Positions 18,626 to 28,448 of a DNA stretch of 64,000 nucleotides are shown here, in pieces. Each line of letters opens with the position of its first letter. The first letter of the stretch is position 1. The DNA lies in NCBI GenBank assembly GCA_965223975.1, contig OZ245031.1, forward strand, positions 1,475,606-1,539,605, read 5' to 3'. The stretch comes from Pseudomonadales bacterium (GTDB lineage: Bacteria; Pseudomonadota; Gammaproteobacteria; Pseudomonadales; JBECKS01). The position numbers and the translations under genes were made by a program. Below the pieces are notes generated by a model. It was not told where the DNA came from. It saw only the letters and a program-made list of their open reading frames with translations, and searched no databases.

Positions 18626-21600
18626 ATGTTAGATAAATCTTATTTGAAATTTAGTCAAAAAGTTGCATTGAGTATGATCTCTTGCGTCTATGTGATGTTT
18701 AGTGCGCAATTGCTCAAAGCTGATGATATCGATATTTATACCAAGGCTGCGCAATTTGGTACAGGGGGTGAGCCAGTAATGACCTTTGTAATCGATACTT
18801 CAGGAAGTATGGGTTACAACGATATGGATACGATCTCTGGTGTTGGAAACGATCATTTATTTAATGAGCGTATGTTCCAATTACAGAACTCTTTGCTTGA
18901 CCAATTAACTTCAATGAAAGGAACGTTTAGCGTTGGTTTGTTTTCCTATGATTACAACAACAAATCTGGAGACAAGGAAAGGGATGCGCTACCACTTGGA
19001 CAATTCCTAACTAACACAACCCAAGGAGCTGCAGGTAATGGCAGCTACGATGAGGATACCGTTAAAGACGTAGCGTGGTATGACGGCGGATCTTTAAGGG
19101 ATGGAGAAAGTGATTTAGCGTTTCCTTACGTTTTTTCACCGGGAGGAGATGTATCGCTCGGTGGTTCTATCACTGGACAATGGAATAATTCTGCTGGTCG
19201 GAATTCTAACTTAGCCTCAGCAAGTTCAGATTTTAACAATGGGGCAATTAGCGGAAATAAGAAAGTAAGGTATACAGTTACTCAAGACGGTAACCAAACC
19301 TTTTGGTTAAGACGACAGGCATCAGGTAATACACCAGATCCTTATTTGTATATGTATGTTAATGACAACCTAGTTGCTTCTAATGATGATGCAACGCCAG
19401 GTGGTTCGGCTCAGTGCCCTTCAGGCTCACAATATATTTGGTGGTTAGGCCGATGTCGTTCTTACGAGGGCTACTGTCGTAGTAGGGGTAGAATCTATCG
19501 AGACCCAGTTGATAATGCTAACGATTGTAATCGACGCAATCACTTTAGAACACGTACTGTTTATACCAATCCAACTTATTCCGCAGGTGATATAAATTCA
19601 CGAATCACTCGCTATTTGAGTGCTGGCGATAAAGTTGAATTTGTAATGGCAACCTATGCTAATGGTCAAAGTGGTGGTTTCACTTTAGATAACGATGGAA
19701 GCAGCCGCGGATATTTCGTTGGCTCAGGTCCGGCTGTTTTGCAAAAGCAGAGTGTTGCATTTTCGTTTGATGACGTTGATTTGCCCCGAGGTGCAACCAT
19801 TACATCAGCTGCACTCAGGTTCCGAGCGGATGCGAGTACTGACCTTCAAAGTATTGTCGTTCGTTTAGAAGAGTCTTTAGCGCCGTCTAGCTTAGTAGGG
19901 ACAGGCGCAGATATAGAAGCCAGAGCTTGGTTGGAGCAGCTCCCCAAAGCAGTGTCAAGTCAGAGCGATGGAGATTATTTTGAAATCGACGTTGCACCAT
20001 TAATTAATGCCAAATTGGCTCAAGATGGTTACTGTGGTGGCGGCAGACTTAACTTTATGATTCCAGGTATTACTCCTCTCTTGGGCGGAGGACTGTTAGG
20101 CGGTGTCGTTTCGCCAGATCCAATTGTTGTTGACTCGGAAGAAACGAACGCAGATCCACAATTAGAAATTGATTGGAACCACAATGGCTCCGGTGCGTGC
20201 TACACCAAAACCGTAAGCCTTAAACCTGGTTCAATTGGAGATGATGTATTTCAAAACCCCGATGGGTCGATCGTACGTCAAAGCAATCAAATTGAAATGG
20301 GTGAGTCTTCTTATGCGGGTGTTCGTTTCCCACTAGTGGCTTTGCCAGGTTCAACTGATGAAAACGGGAACGGTATTGGCTTAGATATACAAGATGCCCG
20401 TTTAACTTTAATAGCTAGCAATAACGCTGCACCGGGTAAGATTTATATCCAGGCAATTGATGAAGGCATAGCCCAACAGTTTAGTAATGAAATTAATAAT
20501 CTTGATGCTCGTGATAAGAGTGTTGTGATCGAGTGGGATATGCCCGTTTGGGATCAGGGTGAAACATATACTTCACCAAATTTGGCTCCCATTATTTTGC
20601 CTTTGCTTCAGAAAAGTGATTGGGAGTACGAGGGAACCATAGCTTTATTGTTAAGTACCGAAAACTTTGTTTCTACCAAATTCTTAGCTTGGGAAGAAGA
20701 TAATTTGTCAGGTGGTGGTGATCCAGAACGTAGTTCAGGTTCCTCTCCGTTCAATCTGTTTGGTGATTATGCAGCTGAGTTACGTATTACGGCATCTTCT
20801 TCGAAGCCTTTCATTACAGGTGAAACAGTTCGTAAAGATTTAGTCGAACATTTAATGTCAACTGCATTCCATCCGACGGGCGGCACTCCGATTGCGGGTT
20901 CGTATGTTGAGGCGGCAGAGTACATGTTAGGTAAAGGCTCCTATGACTCGCCTTTGGATGAGGTAGGTACTTGTCAATCAAATACTCTTGTTCTGCTAAC
21001 CGATGGTGAGGAGAGCTATCAAGACGAAATGGGTTCGACGATATTTACTGACATTGTGGGAGGTAGTTGTAACGGAAACAATTCTTGGCATTGCTCAAAC
21101 CATTTAGCGGCAGGTTTGTCACAGGGTGTTGAATGGTACGACACAGTAACACAAGCCGATGACAACGGTATTCGTTCTTTGAAGACCTATACTATTGGTT
21201 ACGGTAAAGACGCAGTGGTTGATACTGCTGATGAGTTAACAGCGGTAGCCGTAGCTGGCGATGGTCTTTATTACGGTGCGGATGATGCTGCTAAATTACA
21301 GGAAGCATTCGAATCGATCATTGGCTCTATTAGTGATGCGGGTACCAGTATTTCTGTTCCGGGTGTTGCTGTAAGTGCCTTTAACCGAATTACTTTGTTG
21401 GATGAGGTTTACTACTCATTGTTTAAGCCCACTATTCGACGAGTGTGGGGCGGTAACTCCAAACGCTATCGTTTATCAGGTGATAACATTCGAGATGTGA
21501 ATGGTGAGGTTGCTGTAGATAACAGTACCACTTATTTCCGAGACACCTCTCAAAGTTGGTGGCCCATTAACAATGTAGTTGATGGTCCGGTAGTTTCTAT

Positions 21601-23533
21601 TGGCGGCGCGGCCTCTCATATCACTCCAGTCGGTCGTAAGCTATATACTTACTTAGGAGACCCAGGTCCAAATCTAGGTGGAAACTTGGGTGGTGCGGCT
21701 AGTGAAGTAGGTTTGGACTTGGCCGCTCACGGTACAGATCTGATGACAGTTGATCCTACTTCGTTCTCTGAAGAAGACCTTGGTATGCAAGGCTTGGCCG
21801 ATATTGGAGACCTTATTGGTGCACAATCCGACGTACGTAAAGGCCATATTTTTGAGTGGATCCGGGGCGGTACTCCTAATTCACCAAGGGCTGAGATGGG
21901 TGCGCCGATTCACTCTTCTCCTGTCATGATTGGCTATGATAAGGATGGAGGGGACTTAATCAGTACTATTTTCTTTAGTACAACAGAAGGTTATTTACAT
22001 GCGGTTGATACCGGTGAGCCAACAAGAGGCAGTGCCGCTGCAGATAAAGCTAACCGTGGTGGTAAAGAGTTGTTTGGCTTTATGCCAAAAGAAACCATGA
22101 GAAATACTGCGCTCTTGCATGAGAATGCCGTATTGCAAGATGGTGATAAGTTTATCTATGGACTGGATTTGTCTTGGACTTACTGGCGCGAAAGTGGCGG
22201 TGATGCCGCAATTAACGGATCAGAAGATCATGTGTATATATATAGTGGTATGAGACGTGGTGGTCGTATGGTTTATGGCTTGAACGTGTCTGATGTATAT
22301 CATGGAGGCGATAATGAGCCCAGACTATTATTTGCTATTGGTAATCCGTCAGCACCTGAAACCGATCACACTCCTTTTGACCCTGATGATACAACTGTAG
22401 GTGTTGAAGGGCCTCAAACTACCCCAGTGAATGCCAGTTATGTGCAGGGTAATCCGGAGTACAAAGACTTCCGCGATATTGGTCAGACTTGGGCTATTCC
22501 TCGAGTACGTAAAATCCTTTGGAATGGACCTGGTGCTACCGGGGATGATCATCAAACGGTGTTGATCTTTGGCGGTGGTTATGACCCTCAGCATGATTCG
22601 ATAGGTTATACCGAAGACGAGGATGAGGTAGGTAACCAAGTCTATATGGTAGATGCGAAATCAGGACACTTGTTATGGAAGGCTGACACTTTGAGCGGCA
22701 TAACCGCGAGAATTCGATCATTTGATAAAACCGGTGATGGTTATATGGATGGTTTTTACGCGGTTGATTTAGCTGGTCGCGTGCTCCGTTTCGACTTTGA
22801 TGGCGATAAGAACTTTGAGCAACATACCGTCGCTAAGTTGGGCGTTGATGGTGATGGCGAGCTTAGAAAATTCTATTCTGAGCCAAGTATCGCGTTAATG
22901 AGCAACCCAAGTACTGACAAGCTGGACGTTATGATTGCGGTAGGTTCTGGCTATCGATCTCAGCCTGGCAACACTTCTATCAATGAGCGTTTTCATATGA
23001 TTTATGACCGTGGCGCATTTGATCTAGATGCAGGAGCGCCTAATGGTGGAGTCGAGATTCTCGCCGATGAGCTAATACCTTCAAACTTTGGACAGGGTAT
23101 TTCTGATAACCTTAGTGATTCTCAAAACCTATATAATATTAAAGGTTGGTATGTTCCTTTTAATAATAGTATTGGTGAGAAAGCACTTGGTGCTCCATTG
23201 ATCTTTAACAACTTAGTTATCTTTACTACCTATGTGGTTAAAGAGTCAGGCAGTGAGACTTGTACGCCAGTGATTGGTTCTACCCGACTGTATGTACTCG
23301 ATATTACGAGTAAGAGTCGTACCGATATATTTAACTCTAATTCAGAAGGCTTTATCGAGGACGTTAGTCCAGGTCTTGCATCGGATGTTCAGATTGTGAC
23401 CATTGATGGTTCACCTGCAATATTAAATGATAAGACGATTGTTCAACCCACTTCAGGCTGTCAATTGGTAAGCTGTGAGGGACGAGAACTTGATCGGTCT
23501 TCTTGGAGTTCTGTAGTGGTACCGCATGACTAA
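18626..23533 (+). CDS. pilY1: PilY1/PilC type IV pilus tip adhesin, 1635 aa
   Basis: Signal peptide; vWA motifs FVIDTSGSM, GGTP, LLTDGEE; C-terminal propeller motifs GAPIHSSP, YGLD, GMRRGG, GQTWAIP, LIFGGGYD and Ca-loop DKTGDGYMD; located between pilX and pilE. Confidence 0.92.
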   Translation: MLDKSYLKFSQKVALSMISCVYVMFSAQLLKADDIDIYTKAAQFGTGGEPVMTFVIDTSGSMGYNDMDTISGVGNDHLFNERMFQLQNSLLDQLTSMKGTFSVGLFSYDYNNKSGDKERDALPLGQFLTNTTQGAAGNGSYDEDTVKDVAWYDGGSLRDGESDLAFPYVFSPGGDVSLGGSITGQWNNSAGRNSNLASASSDFNNGAISGNKKVRYTVTQDGNQTFWLRRQASGNTPDPYLYMYVNDNLVASNDDATPGGSAQCPSGSQYIWWLGRCRSYEGYCRSRGRIYRDPVDNANDCNRRNHFRTRTVYTNPTYSAGDINSRITRYLSAGDKVEFVMATYANGQSGGFTLDNDGSSRGYFVGSGPAVLQKQSVAFSFDDVDLPRGATITSAALRFRADASTDLQSIVVRLEESLAPSSLVGTGADIEARAWLEQLPKAVSSQSDGDYFEIDVAPLINAKLAQDGYCGGGRLNFMIPGITPLLGGGLLGGVVSPDPIVVDSEETNADPQLEIDWNHNGSGACYTKTVSLKPGSIGDDVFQNPDGSIVRQSNQIEMGESSYAGVRFPLVALPGSTDENGNGIGLDIQDARLTLIASNNAAPGKIYIQAIDEGIAQQFSNEINNLDARDKSVVIEWDMPVWDQGETYTSPNLAPIILPLLQKSDWEYEGTIALLLSTENFVSTKFLAWEEDNLSGGGDPERSSGSSPFNLFGDYAAELRITASSSKPFITGETVRKDLVEHLMSTAFHPTGGTPIAGSYVEAAEYMLGKGSYDSPLDEVGTCQSNTLVLLTDGEESYQDEMGSTIFTDIVGGSCNGNNSWHCSNHLAAGLSQGVEWYDTVTQADDNGIRSLKTYTIGYGKDAVVDTADELTAVAVAGDGLYYGADDAAKLQEAFESIIGSISDAGTSISVPGVAVSAFNRITLLDEVYYSLFKPTIRRVWGGNSKRYRLSGDNIRDVNGEVAVDNSTTYFRDTSQSWWPINNVVDGPVVSIGGAASHITPVGRKLYTYLGDPGPNLGGNLGGAASEVGLDLAAHGTDLMTVDPTSFSEEDLGMQGLADIGDLIGAQSDVRKGHIFEWIRGGTPNSPRAEMGAPIHSSPVMIGYDKDGGDLISTIFFSTTEGYLHAVDTGEPTRGSAAADKANRGGKELFGFMPKETMRNTALLHENAVLQDGDKFIYGLDLSWTYWRESGGDAAINGSEDHVYIYSGMRRGGRMVYGLNVSDVYHGGDNEPRLLFAIGNPSAPETDHTPFDPDDTTVGVEGPQTTPVNASYVQGNPEYKDFRDIGQTWAIPRVRKILWNGPGATGDDHQTVLIFGGGYDPQHDSIGYTEDEDEVGNQVYMVDAKSGHLLWKADTLSGITARIRSFDKTGDGYMDGFYAVDLAGRVLRFDFDGDKNFEQHTVAKLGVDGDGELRKFYSEPSIALMSNPSTDKLDVMIAVGSGYRSQPGNTSINERFHMIYDRGAFDLDAGAPNGGVEILADELIPSNFGQGISDNLSDSQNLYNIKGWYVPFNNSIGEKALGAPLIFNNLVIFTTYVVKESGSETCTPVIGSTRLYVLDITSKSRTDIFNSNSEGFIEDVSPGLASDVQIVTIDGSPAILNDKTIVQPTSGCQLVSCEGRELDRSSWSSVVVPHD

Positions 23534-23591
23534 AAATAGGTGTAGAAGCAGATGAATTTTCATTCATGTGATTTACACTAGGTGAGTATTG

Positions 23592-23618
23592 AGGCGTCTT
23601 TATGGCGCCTTAATTCTT
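23592..23618 (+). terminator. Possible weak hairpin terminator/attenuator between pilY1 and pilE
   Basis: AGGCGTC-TTTAT-GGCGCCT stem (one G-U pair) followed by TAATTCTT. Confidence 0.4.
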
Positions 23619-23661
23619 AGAGTAAAATAAAAAGTGAAGCTGACGACATTTGGAGAAAAGC

Positions 23662-24114
23662 ATGTTGAACATCAATAACAGTAAGGGATTTAACTTAGTA
23701 GAGCTAATGATAACTTTAGCCATCGTGGCAATTTTGGCTGCAGTTGCCCTTCCTCAATACGATAACTTTCTTAGAAAGGGCCGAGGGAGTGTCGCGACTG
23801 GTAATTTGACGGCCTTAGCCTCAAAGGTAGAGATATATCGCCAGGGGGTCTTGAGCTATGCAGGTGCTAATGCAGCAAACCTTGGTTATGGTCAGTCGCC
23901 AAGAGACGCTGCCGTGCCGGATTACATTTTAACTGTTGAAGCAAATCCAGGTGATGCTGACAGTTATATGTTGGTCGCAACGCCCAACGCTGCTTCGCCT
24001 GAAGCGGCTGATGATGGTGTTTATTACTTTAATCCTGTGGGCTTAAATTGCCATTTTAGGCCGCCACAGCCCTATAACGGAGCCTGTGCTGGCGGATTAG
24101 CTTGGGATCAATAG
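23662..24114 (+). CDS. pilE: Type IV minor pilin PilE
   Basis: KG|FNLVELMITLAIVAILAAVALPQY...RKGR; GGAG RBS at 23652-23655 favours ATG 23662 over TTG 23650. Confidence 0.88.
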   Translation: MLNINNSKGFNLVELMITLAIVAILAAVALPQYDNFLRKGRGSVATGNLTALASKVEIYRQGVLSYAGANAANLGYGQSPRDAAVPDYILTVEANPGDADSYMLVATPNAASPEAADDGVYYFNPVGLNCHFRPPQPYNGACAGGLAWDQ

Positions 24115-24184
24115 AAGGTTGAGCTAAGAATACTTGTTTATTGTTAACTTAGTTTTAAATAGTTATTAGTAAAAAGTACCACTC

Positions 24185-24215
24185 AAAAAAAAGGGCGCTT
24201 TAAGCGCCCTTTTTT
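24185..24215. terminator. Bidirectional intrinsic terminator between pilE and the porin gene
   Basis: AAAAAAAAGGGCGCT-TTA-AGCGCCCTTTTTT, perfect stem with A and T tails between convergent genes. Confidence 0.92.
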
Positions 24216-24233
24216 ATTTAAGCAAGGTATTGC

Positions 24234-24959
24234 TTAGAAGCGCATAGCACCACGAAGGGCAGTAACGCTATCATCACCAGTTACGGCGTAATGTAGCTCT
24301 CCACTAATTACTGGAGTGAAGAAGTTTTTAACACGAATAGTGTTAGTTGGGTCTGCAGCACCGTCACTATCAGCGATAGTAAGGCCAGCACTTAGCTCAT
24401 CTGAAAAGTAGTAATCACCACCAAATTCAGTTGCTGTATTGCCGTCAGTGTCGATGTATGACGCTTCTAGGTTAATAGTGTTTTCGCCAAGATCACCAAC
24501 GTACTTAGCCTCAAGACCCATACCGTCTTCTGGTTGATCACCAGTTTGCATGACTAAGTTAACAAGTGTGTTTTCTTGAACCATATAACCAACGCGAACA
24601 GTGTTGGTACCGAATCCATCATCGTCATTCATATTTAGTGCAGCGTAAATGTCTTCGAACCACCACTCAACACCGATATTTGATTCATCAGTTTCAGCGT
24701 CTTGTACTTGAAGAAAGTTAGCGTAAAGATTGTTGTTACGACCAACAAAAGCTGCTTCGTTAAGAACAACGCCGCTAGTGCTAACAGATTCGATGTGGTA
24801 AGTACCATCTAGTCCGATAGCTGAATCGCTGTCGCCAACGTCAGGGCTGATAGCTCCGTAAGTTAAACCGCCTTCAATTTGGTAATCCTGCGCAAATACA
24901 GAAGTTCCTTGAGCTGAAATTGCTGCCGCCATGGCTAGAGCAAAATAAGTCTTTTTCAT
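24234..24959 (-). CDS. Putative outer-membrane beta-barrel porin
   Basis: Signal peptide, alternating beta-strand pattern, C-terminal Phe (ALRGAMRF), codon usage typical of a highly expressed gene. Confidence 0.75.
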   Translation of the reverse strand: MKKTYFALAMAAAISAQGTSVFAQDYQIEGGLTYGAISPDVGDSDSAIGLDGTYHIESVSTSGVVLNEAAFVGRNNNLYANFLQVQDAETDESNIGVEWWFEDIYAALNMNDDDGFGTNTVRVGYMVQENTLVNLVMQTGDQPEDGMGLEAKYVGDLGENTINLEASYIDTDGNTATEFGGDYYFSDELSAGLTIADSDGAADPTNTIRVKNFFTPVISGELHYAVTGDDSVTALRGAMRF

Positions 24960-25208
24960 TGTGTAATCCCCTTAAAGAATACGTATTATTTCTAACTAGT
25001 TAGTGTGTGTATGCGCAGTAAAACCGCACTCCTGCATCATAATAAAGCTTTATAGAAAAATCGAGCTTTTAAATGCACTTTTTTTGTGCTTTTTGTATCG
25101 AAAAACCCTTAAGAATTAAGGCTTTGGGTGGCTTCCCAGCTCATGCATATGAGTGACTGTGTGATAAATTTGATCAAAAAATGATCAAATCGCCTTGTTG
25201 TGGAGGAA

Positions 25209-26687
25209 TTAGTGCGCTGAAACCGCTCGATCTTTTGCCCAGGAGCGTAGTTTAAGCATGTCTTCAGCGCGGGTGACGGAGATTGGTCTGGTTTTGTGGA
25301 TTTCATCAATAATTAGGCGAGTACTGATATTTCCTTTATCCACATTTGCGCGGTAAATGGTCGAAACAATCGCTTGTTCGATCTCCGCGCCAGTAAAACC
25401 TTCGCAGGCCTTGGCAATCATGCCTACATCTACTTGGTCTAAGGGGATATTACGTTTTTTCAGGTGAATCAGTGTTATCGCCTCACGCTCGCTCAGTTCA
25501 GGTAGGTCGACGAAAAATATTTCGTCGAGGCGGCCCTTACGGATGACTTCGCTCGGTAACGCTTCGATATTATTAGCAGTGGCTACGATAAATACCTGAG
25601 ATTTTCGCTCGGCCATCCAGGTCAAAAGACTGGCTAATACGCGTAAAGAGGTACCGTTATCTGAGTTGCTCTGGCCAATGGCCTTTTCTATTTCGTCCAT
25701 CCATAACACGCAGGGAGCGATATGGTCTGCCAATTTTAAGGTTTCACGGAGGTTTCGCTCGGTTTCGCCAATGTATTTATTATAAAGTGCGCCCATATCG
25801 AGTCTAAGCAAAGGCACCTGCCACATACCAGCGACGGCTTTGGCCGCCAAACTTTTTCCTCCGCCTTGTACGCCTAACAGAAGTAAGCCTTTGGGGCGGT
25901 CGATAGATGCAGCATCTGCATCTAAAAATGGTGTTCGGCGTTCGCTAAGCCACTTCTTAAGTTGGCCTAACCCACCGACCTCAGAAAAATGCGAGGTGTC
26001 GTATTCGTAACTAAGTATGCCTTCCATATCCAGAAGCTCAAATTTCGCTTTGGAAATCTCCTTTACGTTATATTCGCAAATGGCACCATCGTCCACGATA
26101 GCTCCGCGAATAAGGCGTTGAGCATCACTGATAGAGAGCCCACGAAGGTTTTTTACCAACATACTGAGTGTTTGGTTATCGGTTTGAACTCGTTTCCCTT
26201 GATTTTGCTTTGCCCAGCTTCTTGCTTCATCTAATACTAGATTGTGTAATTCCTCTTCGCTTGGCAAAGAAAAACTAAAACGGGCCGAAAGCCTGTTTAG
26301 GTCTACAGGCAAATCAATGCGATGGGACAGAAAGACCAAAGTACATTTTAAGCGGCTGTAATCCAACGCAATATCTTTTATAAGTCTTTGAATCTTTACA
26401 TCTTCAATATAGGGGTGAAAATCACATAGCACGATAATGCCAGAGCAAGCTCCTGATTTAATATGTTTTAAAATCTCTTCGGGCTGAGAGTGCTCCGGTG
26501 TTTGAGAACCGGTATAGGTAAGCGATTCCTGAAGGCCAGAGGTTACTGTCCAGCTTTGCAGGGTTTGGAAGCGTTTTACCGCAACCTTGGCTAGCATTGC
26601 TAAAGCTCGTTTCTCTTCAAAGCTCTCAATAGCAATCAACGGCGTTTTAGAAAGCAAAATCAATTCTAAATCTTTTATTTCGCTCAT
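25209..26687 (-). CDS. AAA+ ATPase, Ycf46-like
   Basis: Walker A GVQGGGKS, Walker B VLWMDEIEK, RKGRLDEIFFVDLP, GFTGAEIEQ; degenerate N-terminal AAA-like region. Confidence 0.85.
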   Translation of the reverse strand: MSEIKDLELILLSKTPLIAIESFEEKRALAMLAKVAVKRFQTLQSWTVTSGLQESLTYTGSQTPEHSQPEEILKHIKSGACSGIIVLCDFHPYIEDVKIQRLIKDIALDYSRLKCTLVFLSHRIDLPVDLNRLSARFSFSLPSEEELHNLVLDEARSWAKQNQGKRVQTDNQTLSMLVKNLRGLSISDAQRLIRGAIVDDGAICEYNVKEISKAKFELLDMEGILSYEYDTSHFSEVGGLGQLKKWLSERRTPFLDADAASIDRPKGLLLLGVQGGGKSLAAKAVAGMWQVPLLRLDMGALYNKYIGETERNLRETLKLADHIAPCVLWMDEIEKAIGQSNSDNGTSLRVLASLLTWMAERKSQVFIVATANNIEALPSEVIRKGRLDEIFFVDLPELSEREAITLIHLKKRNIPLDQVDVGMIAKACEGFTGAEIEQAIVSTIYRANVDKGNISTRLIIDEIHKTRPISVTRAEDMLKLRSWAKDRAVSAH

Positions 26688-26804
26688 AGCTTAGTAATAT
26701 CCATAAACTACACACTATACGGTGAATAAGGGTATATTCTTGCATTCGCTAAAAAGAATGTCCAAAACAAAACACCAACAGCCAAAGCCAGTAGAAGGAC
26801 TTGA

Positions 26805-28448
26805 ATGTCATACCAGTACCTACGAACGTTTTTTTGCTCCACCTTGCGAAGCATGATGGTGCTGGCAATGCTTATAGTTTCTAATTTGACCTATTCCGAT
26901 GCAGTAGATTTGGACTCAAAAAAAATAAGTATTGTGTTACAACAAGAGCCACCCAGCCTAAACTCGTTGTTGGCGAGTGATCAGGTCAGTTTTTTTGTGC
27001 TTGAACATGTGATGGAGGGTCTACTTGCCCTTGATCACAATAGTAAGCTGATTCCAGGGATCGCATACGATTGGGAGATAAGTACATCCGGTGCAACCTT
27101 TCGTTTAAGAAAGGATGCACTATGGTCGGATGGGGTTCCAGTTAGAGCGAGTGACTTTGTGTTTGCGTGGCGCAGATTGGTTGATCCAAGCACGGCTTCT
27201 AGGTATGCGTTTATCATGTCACCGATAAAAAATGCTGAACAAATTAATGCGGGTAAATTAGATCCCAAAGCCTTAGGTGTTTATGCCCCTGACGATTACA
27301 CTTTAGTCGTTAAATTTGAAAGACCTTGCCCCTATTTTTTGAGTTTAACTACATTTGTTAGTTATTACCCGGTTAGAGAGGACTTATATCGTCAAGCGCC
27401 TAATAAATATTTTTCTAGCATTAAGCACATGGTGTTCAACGGCCCTTACATTTTAACAGAGTGGGTTCATGGATCGTCAATGCGGTTTGTCAAAAATAAA
27501 AATTTTTGGAATCAAGAGCGAATACAAATTAACGAAATAGATGTTCCCTACATATCTTCTGACCCCAATGTTAGTTTTAACTTGTTTAGAAATAACGAGG
27601 TGGTTTACAGTGATTTGAAACGAGGGAGCATTAAGTCTGCGTTACAAGAGCACATGCATATAAAATCGTTTAAGGTGGGAGCACTTGAGTATATTAATTT
27701 TAATCATCGTAAGGATCGAATTAGCCATAATAAGCATTTAAGAAAAGCTATGCAGTTAGTATTTGATCCGAATGAAATGGTTTACAAAGTCATTGGAATT
27801 CCTGGGAACAAACCCAGTTACAGCCTGTTTCCCAGTTGGTTAAAAGGCGCAGAGTCTAGCTTTCAAAAAGAATATCCGGCTCGAATTAAGACCGTCGATC
27901 ATCAAAAAGCCTTAAAGCATCTCGAGTTAGCAAAGCAAGAACTAGGTCTCGTCGATCTACCTCCCATTGTTTTGTTGACTAGTGATATACCTGGAAGCCT
28001 TAAAAAGGCAGAGTATCTTCAGGCTCTATTTAAGGATGCCTTAGGTTTGGAAATAAAAATAGATAAACAAATATTTAAGCAGCGCCTGGCAAAGATGCGA
28101 GAAGGGGAGTTCGATATTGCTTTGGCGGCGTGGGGTCCAGATTATGACGACCCTTCAACATTTTCGGATCTTTTTTATTCAAAAAATAGTAATAACTATG
28201 GCTTATTTATTGATAAGGAATATGACCATTGGACTGACCTTGCTAGAAATAGCACTGATATCGATCAGCGTATGAAGGCGTTTGCAAAGATGCAGGATAT
28301 TGTTACAGAACAAGTGATAGTTTTGCCTTACCTTGAGAGAGGCATTGTTTATGTTCAGCATCCAAAGCTAAGGGGCATGGCCAGAAGAATTTTTGGTGGT
28401 GACCCAAGCTTTAGATACGCTCATATAGAGCCAAACCAGGGACCTTGA
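26805..28448 (+). CDS. oppA: Oligopeptide ABC transporter substrate-binding protein
   Basis: EGL...D....PGIA..W, WSDG.PV.A.DFVFAW.RLVDP, FNGPY.L..W, WGPDYDDP. Confidence 0.9.
   Translation: MSYQYLRTFFCSTLRSMMVLAMLIVSNLTYSDAVDLDSKKISIVLQQEPPSLNSLLASDQVSFFVLEHVMEGLLALDHNSKLIPGIAYDWEISTSGATFRLRKDALWSDGVPVRASDFVFAWRRLVDPSTASRYAFIMSPIKNAEQINAGKLDPKALGVYAPDDYTLVVKFERPCPYFLSLTTFVSYYPVREDLYRQAPNKYFSSIKHMVFNGPYILTEWVHGSSMRFVKNKNFWNQERIQINEIDVPYISSDPNVSFNLFRNNEVVYSDLKRGSIKSALQEHMHIKSFKVGALEYINFNHRKDRISHNKHLRKAMQLVFDPNEMVYKVIGIPGNKPSYSLFPSWLKGAESSFQKEYPARIKTVDHQKALKHLELAKQELGLVDLPPIVLLTSDIPGSLKKAEYLQALFKDALGLEIKIDKQIFKQRLAKMREGEFDIALAAWGPDYDDPSTFSDLFYSKNSNNYGLFIDKEYDHWTDLARNSTDIDQRMKAFAKMQDIVTEQVIVLPYLERGIVYVQHPKLRGMARRIFGGDPSFRYAHIEPNQGP

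Noticed and set aside
25171-25190. FNR-like site around TTGATCAAAAATGATCAA
   Set aside because: Does not fit TTGAT-N4-ATCAA spacing and lies just downstream of the AAA ATPase stop
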